Part shown: positions 37,579 to 50,474 of the stretch, piece after piece
Layout of the letters: every line of letters begins with the position of its first letter
Numbering within the stretch: position 1 is the stretch's first letter
Position numbers and translations under genes: made by a program
Origin: Perkinsus olseni
Lineage: Eukaryota
Assembly (NCBI GenBank): GCA_013115125.1
Contig: JABANN010000014.1
Location: 1-64,000 of the forward strand
DNA length: 64,000 nucleotides
Direction of reading: 5' to 3'
The notes under the pieces: generated by a model
Seen by the model: only the letters and a program-made list of their open reading frames with translations
The model's database searches: none
What the model was told of the DNA's origin: nothing

Positions 37579-39698
37579 ATGGCAGGTGACAAGAGCGCAC
37601 AGGCTCTCACAGGGCAGTCTGCGCCGGTTAATCCCCGAGCGTCCTCCAAACCCAAGTTACCGCCTGGTGCTCAAGCCGATCTCGACACTGATGCCGAGTC
37701 TTTCTCGCATACGCATAGTCCAGCAGCGGGTCCCATCATGCGAAAACATAGTCTAGAGTAAGTGGGAATACCAGCGCGTCTTCGAAGTGAACACCACGGC
37801 CGTTATTGTTATGCAGGACCGCCCCCAGCTTTAGCGAACCTCTGTTGAACGCAACAGTCGGTCAGGAAGGCAGCGGAGCGAATGCGTCAACAGGCAAAAG
37901 CTCTATGGCGGTATCTGTCATCAATTGCATTAAGAACATCATTGGCGCTGGTAATCACGAGGGGATGCTGTTGCTTCGGATTGAACCCGGGACCTTGTTG
38001 TTCTGTAGGTATCCTCTCTCTCCCTCGAAGTTTTGTTTTATCGGGAGATATTCTGGGTACGGTGTTGATAATGCTATTTGCTTTCTGGACCGCTGGAAGC
38101 TTTGCTCTTATTGGATACATGAACCAGCGAACTGGTAATAGTCGAACGAGCAGCACTAGTTGTTGTAGTCACTACAATGTAGTGGCAGTAGTTCTACGCT
38201 TTCTTTATGCAATAGTGGGCCTGGCAAGTATGGCAGTGAGGTTTCGATTCTACACAGGGCTCCCTTGCGATCTATTTATCTGCTCCCCCTCCCCTGTTCC
38301 TCCTCGATCAACGCTAGGCTGTGCCAGTGGTTGCCCGTAGGTACAAATGATTTCAAGAGTTTGTGGAACGCCGGTTTCGGTCGTAAGACGGCCTGGATCG
38401 TCGATTTATTCATGTTCCTCTACACCGCATCTTCATGCCTGGGCTTTAATATTGTGGTAGGTGGTCATCCCCCGCCGCAGCTGTGCATCTCCGACGCCCT
38501 CCTGTCTCTCAGATTGACGATTTCCTCGTTCAATTCTGCGCAGGGGTTCATCTCCCTGGATGGATCTGCAATCGATGGGCGGCCGCTGTGATATCCCTTC
38601 TGGGTATCATGCCCCTGGCTTACAAGAAGTACCATCCTTTCCACTCTTCATCCGATCATTATGTCCCTTATTAGGTCGTTGGATTCTCTCCGCTATGTAT
38701 CGTTTTTCGGCATCGCAGCCTCCTTCTACTGTATCATCTACGTTATCGTCAACGGCATAAGGTTCGCTATGGGGGACATCGTCGACAACAGCGTTGACAA
38801 CAGCGTTGACAACAGCGTCCACGCTCCGGTTACACTCTTCTCGGCGGTACAGGTAGTATCTTCAGCATAGGTCCATGAGTCGGCCTTGATGGATGGTTGT
38901 TGTCAGGCTATGAGTATATTTGCTCCCGCTTATGTATGCCATTATAACGCTCCAAGGTTCAATAAGGAGCTTAAGCACACCACACCAGGAAGATTCTCTG
39001 AGGTGACACTACGCCTGGGACACTAGGCGATCGAGACACGTCCGCCCGCCTGTTGGCTCGGGCGTCCTCTGGTCGCTTATGCATGGACTGTTCATGGACG
39101 GTTTGTTGAAGTTATTGTTCCTTTTGTTCCTTTTGTTCCTTTCAGGTATCCTATTTCAGTTTCATCTTCTCCGGCATAGTTTACGCAGCGTTTGCTGTAG
39201 CCGGTCATTACAGATTTGGTGACGGAGTGAACGGAGATGTTCTCACCAATTTTGGAGGTAACTTCGCTCCGTCCTCCCCTTCCTCGACTGATGGTCCTCC
39301 TCTCAGGTCGTAACGCTAACATATGGTGTTTGCTGATGTGGCTGGCCATGGCCCTGTGCCTTATCTTCGGCTATCCTCTCACCTACATCTCATCGAACGA
39401 GTCATTGGAGCGTCTCGGGGTCTCCTGCCCTCCCTGGTTGTACATTATCATCATGACCGTCGGTGGTGTCCTTATTAAGGATCTCTCGGTCTTCCGTTCG
39501 TACCAAGGAGCTATTCTGGGTATCTCAGTAGGCTTGACTTTGCCTGGGCTCATGTACATTGGCCTGGTCTGGAGACGAGTCCAATGGGCTGCGAAGAGGA
39601 GAGCACTCACATGGTTCAGCTGGGCCAGTGTCGCCATGGGTCTCTTCTGTATGGTTGTTGGCTGTGTTGCTACGGCCCTCCAGCAGAGGAGACACTGA
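37579..39698 (+). CDS. Amino-acid transporter (Aa_trans/SLC38-like), tandem copy 2
   Basis: SSMAVSVINCIKNIIGAG|ILSLP, AYVCHYNAP and GLTLPG. Intron positions are shared with copy 1. Confidence 0.85.
38781..38816 (+). repeat. 12-bp tandem repeat x3 (GTYGACAACAGC) encoding (VDNS)3
   Basis: Read directly; in frame within a loop of transporter copy 2. Confidence 0.9.
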
Positions 39699-40073
39699 TT
39701 GACCCTTTCGACCTGTAGCTATATCTTGTCTATGGAAATGGATAAATTTAGATTTCTGTATGTACCCGGGCTGGCTTAACCGCACTTGATGATGATATCT
39801 CTGTTTGGCGCGGTCAGCGCCGTAGCCTTTAGCTCTTCTTCAACAACACTCTATCACATTCAAGAAAGCATCGCCATTGCTCCACTTTGTTTCTGCGTAC
39901 GCTCTAGTGTTTATCCAGCGCATGTTCTCGTCAGTGATGGAGGTTGAGTTATTTAGTTTGGGTAGGGGCAGTGGGGGGGTGTTCACATCGCCAAGCCTGC
40001 CGTCTTCAACACGATTCATTTATCCTCCCCCCTCATAGTGTACTGCTCTTTTTTTCCCTCCTACTACCAAGTC

Positions 40074-41011
40074 ATGGGAGGAGTCTGGTTACGTAACGCC
40101 TCAGTAGCCGCAATAGCCCTGTACCTGTCATGGAGGGGCTGGAAGCATCTTAGTACGTGGCAACTGGTCACACTCCTGTGGATTGCCGCTGTCCATAGTA
40201 CTACGGCCTTCCTCAATGCTACACGGCTGTGCCCTGGCTTCCCTGGCAAGAGGTGACCCGCCACCATCGCCTTCTTTCGATAGTAGTCTTCCTTCTCAGT
40301 CGCACATCAGGATCCTTGAACCTCTTCCGTACTGTATTGTTGTGGCCCTTCTTCCTCTTCCAATGGGGTTATGTCTCCACGGCTTTCCTTATTCACTTGA
40401 TACTGGCTGGTGGTTGGAACCCAGCAGAGTCGTGTGCGGAGGTAGGAGAACGGCAACAACAGCAGCTGGCGAATCTCATCGATCCTCATGGCCTTTACAG
40501 GTCGCCTCCGGCCTGTTTGTCGGAGACATCATGGCGTCAGCGTTCGATAATGAGTGGGACGTCGTGTTGGATGTCACCAATGAGATACCGAGGCTCAGCT
40601 CGTCTCAAGACTACCACTGTATCCCTACTTGGGACGGGTGCGTAGGCCTCATCCGTCCCTCCGCCCCACACTACTCCCTTCAGGACAGCGCCCACCGTCA
40701 AGCAATTGGACGAGGCTTGCGATTATATCCAGCCCTTCCTCAAGAAGAAGAATAAGAGTGGGCGTATCCTCATCCACTGCGCCCATGGCAAAGGCCGCAG
40801 CGTTACGGTCATGACTGCTGTCCTTTCGGGACTCGGCATTGAACCCGATTGGCGTTCAGCCTACTCTAGGGTAAACCTAAGATCCTACCAACCCTTGTAC
40901 ATGAGTCGGTCTTTCCGTCAGGTGCGAGCCCACCGTAGGCAAGCTCACCTTAACGGTGTAATGCAACAGCGACTTGACGATTGGGAGACCGCCAGACGAC
41001 GGAAGATGTGA
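40074..41011 (+). CDS. Membrane-anchored dual-specificity phosphatase (YnbD-like)
   Basis: N-terminal TM helices, then GLFVG, VLDVTNEIP, CIPTWDGTAP and the catalytic CX5R motif IHCAHGKGRS. Confidence 0.85.
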
Positions 41012-41293
41012 AGTTCGCTCAGGGTCCACTGTATTGTCTATTATTACCACTACTGTAGTTTTTTGTACTGCTCACTGGTATCGAGTTAATCTTGGGTGTG
41101 TGGGAAGGGGAGGGTGTCAGAGGCCGCTGTCATGGATCGCTTGCCTAGAGTGCTCACCTTCCTGCTGTTACTTCTTATGTAAGATGGTCGCAACTATCAA
41201 TAAATTCGAAACGTGAACTGCTTCGCTCCGCTAATTTCGTGGCGCGCGCCATCTCCCGCGGTGCGCATTGTATATTTCTGAAGGCTGCTGAAC

Positions 41294-44148
41294 ATGTCGG
41301 AGTTGAAGAGATCAGCGGACTTGGAGGTAATCCCCCTCGAGCTCTTGACTCCGTCATAGCCGTGCGTCTCGCTTCGGCCATCCGCCCCGTAGCATTGTTG
41401 TGAAACGGTCTTGCCGAGCAAGCACGGCGTGAGTGCGATGGTCGACACGATCGGTCTTATGCTCAGGACGTAGTGTCCCCTAGGGGTTCGAAGAGGGCGA
41501 GGTCAGCCACTGAGAGCAGCACCAGGGGACCGCTGCTGGACGATGCATCCTCGGATGATGGAGGCCTCGATGGCCTTATGGGTACTAACAACTACTTACC
41601 ACCAGCTTTCTACGGCATCCAGCCCTGGGAAAACTGTACCACCCCTCTCTGTGGTGAACTTCAACCTTCGCAAAACCGAGCGATAAATTGTGATTTTATC
41701 ATCGCTCCTGTTGGTCCAGTGGGTGTACGGTGTGAAAATAGTAGTTTCAGGCCTTGTGTTCGACGACGAGCTCGTTGCTGGCCTTGACGACTCCTCCGGG
41801 ATTGGCGAGGATGATGAGATGCCCATCGAGAAGGACTTCACCACGGTTGAGGACGTCATTGTGCCGCAGGTACTAGTACCACTGACCGTGCGGCCCGGCA
41901 GTAGCCATAGGGTGGGTTCAGGTATCGTGGACGTCGCCCCCGTTGCTGGACCGTTACACCCTTTGTGTCGTGCAAGATGGAGGTGCCGAGCTTACTGTAC
42001 CCATGACTTGGTACAGAGAGCGTGACCCCGGAGGCACGGCCAGCTCGATAAAAGAGTAGTGCCGGGCTTCTTTATAGGAGATATCGATTCGGCGCTTCTT
42101 GTTAGGACCCCCGATTCCCCCCATACCACTCCGAGCGTTCTTCCGCAACCCGTCCCAGAGGTAGTTGACGCATCCTCGGCTCGTTCCGGGGCAAGAGGGG
42201 ACGCAAAATCCTGTGTAGATTGATAAGTCTGCCTTGTAGGTTCCCGTGAACACTTCGGGTAAATTCGATCCTCGTTTTATTGAAGTATGCGATCATGACG
42301 GTCGGGGAAGTCAGTACCAACATTGGCTCGCCCACGGATGCATATGGAAGAGTGGACTGATTTGCACTATGGATCAAGAGGTGCTGATTGAAGGGTTGCA
42401 TTTATTCTCACCAATTCGAATGTGTCTTAGCGGAGCGATGCTGAGGTCTCGGGGGTTGGGGTTGTGGTCTTTAGTCTGGCGGAGATTGACATCTTTTCTC
42501 TTGGGGTAGCACTCTCGTCCATCATGCTTGCAACCTAATTCGTCACGAGCTACCGCTGCCGCTGCTGCAACTACAGGAGGTCCATATAGTCCGAATGGGA
42601 TACGTGCTGGTAGTACGGGATTGCATGGCGTAGGTCGTGGGTTCGATTCCTGGTCGACATTCCAATCGAGTCGTATCTGTGATTCAATCCACGATGTTTC
42701 GGCTACAATTCTTCCGAGACTTTGAATCTCCCGTCAGCGGCTTTCCCTATTGGCCATCCATCCTCACTGTCATTCAGCCTCTTCCCCGAGAAGTTCGCAT
42801 GCTTCACCAGCCAATGCTGGAGGCGACTCTACCCTAGCTCGGGCTCTGGCCGCGGTTAATGCAGGAGGGCCCGGAGGAGGTCAATCAAACCAAGCCATCA
42901 CGCAGCATCTCTTGTACTACAGGGCCGGGTGGAAGCGGGGTTAGTGCTTTGGCAAGATAGAGACGTTAGCAATTTTCGAGCTTCCGATGACGTGGCATTC
43001 ATAGCATGAATAACGTGGCATCTATTCAGGCAGCAGCTGAGAGCCGTCACTTCGGCAGCAACGGCGGCCGCGAAGCGATCTGCTCATCCTATGCCTGCAG
43101 CGGCTAATGAGAAGGAAAAATCTCACCAGATGAGACGGGAGTGGGATAAACAAGTGAATAAGCTGGGTAATGTCGCATCGCTCCGCTAGGTTCGATGAGC
43201 CTTTTTTCCATAGGCAAGCAGCTTATGATCGCCATGGGCTACAGGGGTCTGAATAGAGACAATCGTCTGAATGAATGGTGTGCATGGCTTGGTGTGAAGC
43301 TAACGTATATTGGTCTGTCGAATAACAGCTACGCCAAGCTCCCAGGCGTTGTAAGAGAACCCAATTGCGGTATTAGACGTTAGTGAGAATGACAGGTCCC
43401 AACTGGTGCGGTTGGTGATATCGATCTCTGCGGGAACGGACTGGAGGATGGGCATTTGCATGTTCTAGCATCCACATTGAAGCCGTTCAATAGGCTCAGA
43501 GTGAAGGTGGGGCGAATGGACTACGTCGACGGACGGCTACTGGTGGTGCTAGGTGCTGAGGCTATCCCAGAATAACATTACTGATGGCGGCCTCGAGCTG
43601 CTGCTTTCCTATCCGTACTTACAAGCTCTTCATTTGGATCGGAATAAGCTGACGGGCGGGCAGGTAGTCACCAAGCGAGGCATTGGGCAGCTCACAGGCT
43701 TCATTTCAGCATCTTCTCCACTTCATCGTGAATGCTGTAGCCCAGCTGAGAGAGACGAGGCATTCTCAAAGCGATCTCGAGTGGCGGTCACTGCCGCCCC
43801 TGTGGATCAATTTGGACAGCAATTACATACAGGACTCGACGGAGCTCATTCGACAACTCACGGGGGAGCCGTACGGACTAGTCGTTTGCCATCCTGAGCG
43901 GACGGGCTGTGAACCGTAAAAGTAGCATCTTCTGTAACGTGCGAGTATCAGCTATGATCAGATCCGCTCTCTGCCGAGTGTACGGTGAACGCTGTGATGT
44001 CCATATTGAGTGCCTTGGATGCCAACGTCCAATCGAAGATATCAAGTATCATGAGAGCTCTGCAGCCCCTGTAGAAGGGGAAGCAGCGACAGTGATCGAT
44101 ATGACGCCTACTGAGGTTGCCGATGTTGTGGATTTAGAAGACGACTGA
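41294..44148 (+). CDS. Multi-exon protein with C-terminal leucine-rich repeats; linkage of the 5' exons (41294-42300) is uncertain
   Basis: DIDLCGNGLED, VLRLSQNNITDGG, LQALHLDRNKLT and LWINLDSNYIQ in 43390-43840. Acidic upstream exons are bounded by GT/AG. Confidence 0.55.
42580..42660 (+). other. Degenerate tRNA-like/Pol III promoter-like sequence
   Basis: Perfect B box GGTTCGATTCC (42640-42650) within AGGTCGTGGGTTCGATTCCTGG, and A-box-like TAGTCCGAATGG (42587-42598). No good cloverleaf. Confidence 0.25.
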
Positions 44149-44577
44149 AGGGCGTGGCCATTCCTCATACCATTATAATGATCTTTTATAGTTTCAGTAT
44201 TATAGACCGGATAGCATTGATGTATCATTTCCACCGAAAACGGAAGATTTTGGTTTACAAGTTTTAACGGAAATTTTTCAACTTCAACGCAACAAGAGAG
44301 GCGGCGGGGATATTCCGATAAAAATTCCCTCGGGTAGATGTGTCGTTGAATACTACTATCCATGCGGCAGTCAATAATGGCAAAAAATAGCAACTCAAAC
44401 GATAGGACAACGGACAGAACTTTGGGATTCATGCAGTGAATGATGACAACTTATGGGGATAGTCGCTTTAGAAAAATAGTTGAAATGACAGGATCACGCT
44501 CGGGCTTTGGCGAGCTCACTGGGCGCGACCTTGGATAGGGCGTCCCCGCCTGAATGCAAACTGCTGGCGGTCGATTG

Positions 44578-46700
44578 TCACTCAGACGGAAGCGTACGTT
44601 CAGAAATGGTCGCTGCATTGGCGTCCTCGCAGACTTTACGGATAATCATCTCCCAATCCAGTTTGGAAGCGAGCTTGGGATACCCAGCTTCCCAGGCGAG
44701 CTCAGAGGCCACACGGCCTCGATTTGACAGCATTACGGGCGACCTGAGACCTCCATACTGCACTCTTAAGGGAGCACTAAGCGTACCGATTAGGTCCTTC
44801 TACTAATGGATTCCACCACAGCCGTTGACGTGCCAGTCGGGCAGCTTGGTGGTGCCTGGTGAGAAGCATGTTGCCGCAGGCAGCCAGTGATAGTGGGCCT
44901 ACGCAGCAGGTCCCCCTTGGGTCCTCGTCCACATCTGAGTGCGGGGATCGCTCATGAGAATCTGGCAGACGGCCGAATGCCCGCGGCAGGCGGCCGCGTG
45001 GAGAGCCGTCATGCAGAACTTCCGGAGCGGGATAGGATCCACCTTCACGTGGTGGGGCCGGTGGGTCTGAGATGAATATTTTAGCGGAGCGAAGCGGAGT
45101 AGGACAGCTACTTCTGCTGCAATGGAGGTATCCTTATTGGGTGGAGAAGGAGAACTAACCATGGCAGAAGGGTCTGCGCCCCAGTCCAGCATGGCTTCCA
45201 CCGCGATTCGAGATCCCGACGCGGAGGCAGCAACGAGATGCCAGTCCAACATCTGCTGTTCCTCGGGTGTGCGGTCTGAGGGCAAGAGCTGCAGGGACCA
45301 TCCGATCGATATCCCCGAGGCGTCGAGAGTGAAGCGAAAAGCTGGCAGCAGAAGCTGAACGACGGTCCCATCGAGTACATGGGCAATTGGGTGCTCTGAA
45401 CTCTCTCCACAAAGCTGCCATTAAGAGCTCAGTGTTGTTATTGGAGGCTGCATATCGTAGACTGTGGAGGCCCCCTAAGGAAGAGAGTCGGACGAGTAGC
45501 CCGACTTTATCCCCACCTTGACGCTGGAGTAGACTGTAGACCTTGCCCTTCCGAGGGCACAGATCGAGCGGACGCATCCCCTCACAGTCATCCGCGTTGA
45601 TATCACAACCAGCAGCTAGAAGGGCATCAACCTGAGAACAGCAGAACGGGCGGTAGAATGTGGAATGATGTCGCGCGCCACGAAATTCACCGCATCATAC
45701 GAAGAGGCAATGCCAGCAAGGGAGGCGACTCACACAGTCGCACACTCCAGCAGAGGCGGCCATGTGGAGGAGGAAGTGCAGGCAGGTGGGGAGGGGAGAG
45801 GGGCTATGGTCGAGGAGTTGTGTGAACATGGATCTGAAAGGGGCACAGATCGACTGATGCTGCATCAGCTCCCCTGGATGGAGGAAAGGGCCGAGTGTCG
45901 AATCGACACTGTCGAATAATATTACGATTCTTTCCGGTCGATGGCCCAGGTGAGAGACTGAACTGATGGTTCAGCACCCGCCCCGAGGAGGATGTCCAGT
46001 ATGCTCCTGATCAATAGCAGTCATCACCGTACACAGCACCGTCAACCTCCTCACCCTCGGCCTGTACAGATGGCCAAGCTGAGGGGGTCCATGATGCTGG
46101 CAGTGTGCTGGTGTGCGCCGTTGGCTGAGAGCTCTACCGGTATTGAGGTCATCGCCCCGAGGTCAACACCCGACCGGCCTGTCAGGGGAGAGTGAAACAG
46201 TGGTCGTCGAGCTAGGAGGTCTTACTGAGGATTCCGACGGCCCGATCGTCGCCTCGGTAGACTGCGGCCATGAGGGCCTCGACCGTCAGCTTAGTAACTC
46301 GGCACACGGAAGGGCCCTAGAAGGGAGACCAAGCGTGGCAAGGGAGGGAGTCCATTGGCGACCTACAGCCCAGACGACATGGCCAGCGAGACCATACAGC
46401 CTTTCATCGATGAGAATGTCGAGCAAGGCGCGGCCATTGGCGTCCTCCGCAGCCCAGACCTGACGAGGGCGATCGGATGGGCGGGAGGTCAGGTGATGGT
46501 CCTGACCTGTCGAGGCTCTAGTGCGACCCTGAGGACCAGGGCTCCCATGGCCAGCCGACTAGACTTGGCCATCAGAGCCAGCTCGACGATGGATGTGCAG
46601 CGGCCCAGCCATTGTGGATAGTCTAGCGCTCTAGCGGTCTCTGAGAAACAGTATTGAGGAAGGTCCGAGCGGCTGCGGACGGCAGTGTGATTGCCGGTCC
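44578..46700 (-). CDS. Ankyrin-repeat protein, multi-exon; ends approximate
   Basis: VDALLAAGCDINADDCEGMRPLDL, LRYAASNNNTELL, AVEAMLDWGADP and MTALHAAACRGHSAVCQILM. Confidence 0.75.
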
Positions 46701-47579
46701 CGAATCGACGAAGAGCGGATGGAGCGGTACGGTATCTTTACGCACTGGGTTAGAGAATATCTAACTGAAATCTCCTAGCCCAGGGCGTTCTAGTATGCAT
46801 TTTTCCATAGCGTTCAGACGACAAGGTTGATTGATGAGCCTCGGAGAGCACAGCAGTACCCAAAACTGTTAACCGCGCTGAGAGCGATGCCCGAGGAGGA
46901 AGAGGTGTCCGTGGGAAAAGCATTTACGCAGAGTTTGGAAGGCACTACCAGCCATCAGCCGAGACCAGTCCCTGGTCAATCGACAACACCGTGCCAGGTT
47001 GGCCCAGTCATCCACGCTAAGGTGACCCCATACTAGACTGCCAAAGGCCGTCACGTCTAGGAAATGCAGCCTGCAGGCGAGAGGCCCCTCAGCAGGTGAG
47101 ATAGTCGGAGAACGGCCAAAACCATTAGAAACGAAGGACATGAGTTGTCAACTACGCAGTCGGCGTGGCGTTGCAGTGCTGATTGCTTTCATGGCGTCCG
47201 CTCAGATTCGCCTTTAGTAGAGGTATCATGCTTCCCCGCCAGTGGCCGAGCCACAGGAGGGGAGTCCAAAATATTCGATTTCTCATCATACAGTGTGCGC
47301 CCTAGGCCACAGGAAACCCCCTTCCCAGTATAGACAACCCAACACACAGGGGCCAGTAAGAAGCGTTCGTTGATGATTTTCGGTATCAATCGCAACAGCA
47401 GCAGCAGCAGGAGCTAATGGATGGGCGGTCGCTTTGTGTGCTGCTGCTGTCTCCTCAAAAAATAACCTCAAGAAGATGAGTCAAGCAGTGATGAATGGTA
47501 CGCGTGGTTGAAGCTAATTCCGCCGGTGCGGCTTTAAATAGGATGCCACGACGACTTCCCCTACCATCTGTCCCCCTCC

Positions 47580-49403
47580 TCATAGTACTATGACCCGATC
47601 TGTGGAGGTCTGGGAGCTCGTAGCCGAGAAGGAGCTCAGGGCCGTCCCCGGCATGCAGACTTGGATGAAACCATCTTTCATTCGGTCCAACTCCGCCGAC
47701 AACTCCTCCAGATCAGTCTGGTCCTTGACATAGAAGCCAACCGCCAGGGAAGGGTTGAGCCTGTTAGGCTGCAGCCTAGAGGGGTCCACGCTGTTCTTAA
47801 AACTGATACCCTGTGCCTCCACCACTGCCGACTGGACGAAATGTGGATCGATGCTGAGGAGGTCCACGAGCGTGTGGCGACGGCCACCTCCCCAGCCCCC
47901 TGGCGGCGGAGCGTAGGTGTCCCTCTCAGCGACTCCCACTATGTAGTGTGCCCTGGTCGACTGGCCTCCAATGACTCCGATACACCAAGGGAGCTTCAAG
48001 TACTCGCCCACGACTCTGGCGCTGTCGGCATCGATCTGATCGCCATCAGTAAGCCGCACTGGGAAGAGCAGGAGCACACCCCTCGACCACTCCTCGGCCA
48101 TGCCGTCGGCATCCTCAGCACTGGGCGAGGTCATCGAGGATGTTGGGCAGTCGTGCCAGGTGTCGCTGCAAGCACTGGAGTCGACCTCCATGCCATCCAC
48201 CTCGTAGTCACGACATTCATCAGTCGATGACTCGCCCAAAAAACCGACCATTACGAAGTGGCTGGGACTGGACACGTCCTCACCCGTACGACTTCTCATT
48301 ACTGTTGCGTCGCTGGGGGACAGGACGGCCCACTCATGACCCCGAGACCCGAGACTCCAGGAACGCTTGCGGCGACCGACAGAAGTGTCGGAGGCTGAGG
48401 AGGTCGGCGACCCAGCAGCACTACCTCCCCTTCGTGGTGAACCCTCCACCGCTACTATTTCCATGGTGACTCGGCGAAGGTCCGGCGTCGAGGATCGGCG
48501 GCCAGCCGAGGCAGCCCTGACGTCCTCAGGTTTGAGCAGGCCATCGTGGTCTACATAGACGGCGAGGCCGAGGTGACACAAGGAGGGAGTTGTGGTCAAG
48601 TGATGGACGACATCGCAGACCCTTGCCGGGCCGAACCATTGACCGGGCTCGCTGTAAGACATGAAGGCATGGATGGAGAAGGGCCGATCAAAACGATCTT
48701 CGAACAACCTGAGAGAGACAGCCTGAGGCCATGAAGGCTACTACCACACGCCCACCTCAACAGCTTCGTCTCGTCGACAGTCACTCCATCGGACGGCTGG
48801 TGCTGACCCCTGCTGATAAGGTCGTCCGTGGAGGGCAGCCGAGCGCCGCCTGAGGCAGCAGCATAGAGTAACACTGGTGCCGAGTCAGGTCGTACTCGAG
48901 TCCAGTCCGTGATGCCTCTTGAGTGCTACTAGCAGCAGCATCTGGGCCGACCTGATGGTGCATCCCCAGCCAGTGTCACAGTGGAACTCGAGATGCTTGT
49001 TTTGGTTGTACAGAGGGGTCTCGAAGTTCTTCCGGTAGGTCATCCGACGGATGCCGCGCCACACAGTGTAGAAGTCTGCTGTCGATCTAGACTGGCGACC
49101 GAGCAGCCACGCCCGTTGATCTGAGGGGACGCCGCTCCATTGTGGGGCGTGGGAGGCCGGCTCACCTGGATCTCGTACGACGACAGGCTCGGTGCCGTAG
49201 GCGTTGGCCAGGTGCTCCTGCAGGTTGTGCCCCCAACCCTTGAAGGCTGCCTTGGTATCGCTAACTAGCTGTTCCATGGTTACTGATGCTGCACCGCTGG
49301 CGGAGGACACGAAGCCGAGGCCAGCCGGTATGCTAGGGGACGACGACGAGGAGGATGATGATGAAGATGAGGAGGTGAGGGACCCCACCAGGCCGCGCAT
49401 CAT
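47580..49403 (-). CDS. ATG4: Autophagy cysteine protease ATG4 (peptidase C54)
   Basis: MTYRKNF, DTGWGCTIRSAQMLL (catalytic Cys), GQWFGP, LLFPVRL, GVIGG..AHYIVG, IDPH (Asp/His) and NPSLAVGFY. Confidence 0.93.
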
Positions 49404-49497
49404 CGTGAGGGTTGGAGTCAAGCGGCGACGCTGGAACAGATGACAGTACCCTAGGTCGAAGACAACACGTGTCGATTGAGCACAAGAAAAGGCGTTC

Positions 49498-50320
49498 TCA
49501 TGGCCACGCTAGCCTTGTCGATAAGGAACCCTCTATGAGTCGCTGGAGGGACTCCTCACTGCTTAGGCCAGGATCGGTTGCCGATCTCGGTGCTTGCTGG
49601 CGGTCCCGCTGTGCGGCTAGGGTCCTGGAAAGCTTGTCACGGTCGGCAATAGCATGATCTACTCTGCTGTGCAAAAACCTGCAGAAGCCCTACCACCTTC
49701 CCTTCGCCGTCCCTAAGTACTACTCTATGTGGTCCTCCAGTCGCTTTAGCCGACGCTCTCTCTCGGCTACATCTCGCAGGCTCTGGGCCTCCTTATCCTC
49801 CCTTTGAAGCCTCTTGAGCATGTCCTGTTCCCGATCCTTCTTCCTGACCACCATCATTCGTGCTGCCAGAGGACGACCTTGCCTTCCCCTACGCTGCCCT
49901 CTGGTATTCGCTAATTATGATTAGTGTGGTGACACCAAAAACGAAGGACTCCCCGATGAAGGTGGCACCCCAGTCGAGTGCCGCGGCCTCCTTTAAGGGA
50001 GGTATGGCTCGGCGCGTCTTGTTGTTCTCAGCCACCTGATCATGACGATCTCCGGGCAGGGCAGGGTGACGCCTAGCCCCGTATCACCCTTGTTATCCGT
50101 CGGCTGAGTATGTTGAGGGCCTGCCCCAGGGCGACAGTCTTCCCTCGCCAGAAGTCGTCAGTCCGTGCCAACGACTGGATACGGCTGGACACTGGCTTGG
50201 CCAGGGTCTTCATCAGCGCTCCTGGAAGGGGATGATGGGCGAGGGATGGCAAGACGAGGATGGAGCGAGCTTCTGTGTTGTATCACCTCCAACCTTGGCT
50301 GCTGGGAAGATGGGTGACAT
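49498..50320 (-). CDS. OPA3: OPA3-family mitochondrial protein, multi-exon
   Basis: Spliced MSPIFPAAKVGGALMKTLAKPVSSRI..IPPLKEAAALDWGATFIGESFVFGV..IISEYQR, then a coiled coil. Not captured as an ORF in the supplied track. Confidence 0.8.
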
Positions 50321-50474
50321 GAACGAGCAAAGGGATGGCGGATTGTCACTCGTAAATGGAAATGCGCGGCAGCACGACCGTTGAGGAAATGCAAGTGAGC
50401 AAGATTCTCAAGAGACTCTACTCGTTCACTGTTCACGACCACCCTTGCCTGTATTTCTTTGTTATGATGCTTTT

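Noticed and set aside
39820-39835. Relict spliced leader (CCGTAGCC-TTTAGCTC) upstream of the phosphatase
   Set aside because: Only an 8-nt exact match to the dinoflagellate/perkinsid SL, lacking the CAAG end; compatible with chance.
44049-44432. 127-aa minus-strand ORF in an AT-rich spacer
   Set aside because: No recognisable motif, and it overlaps the 3' end of the plus-strand LRR gene; likely spurious.
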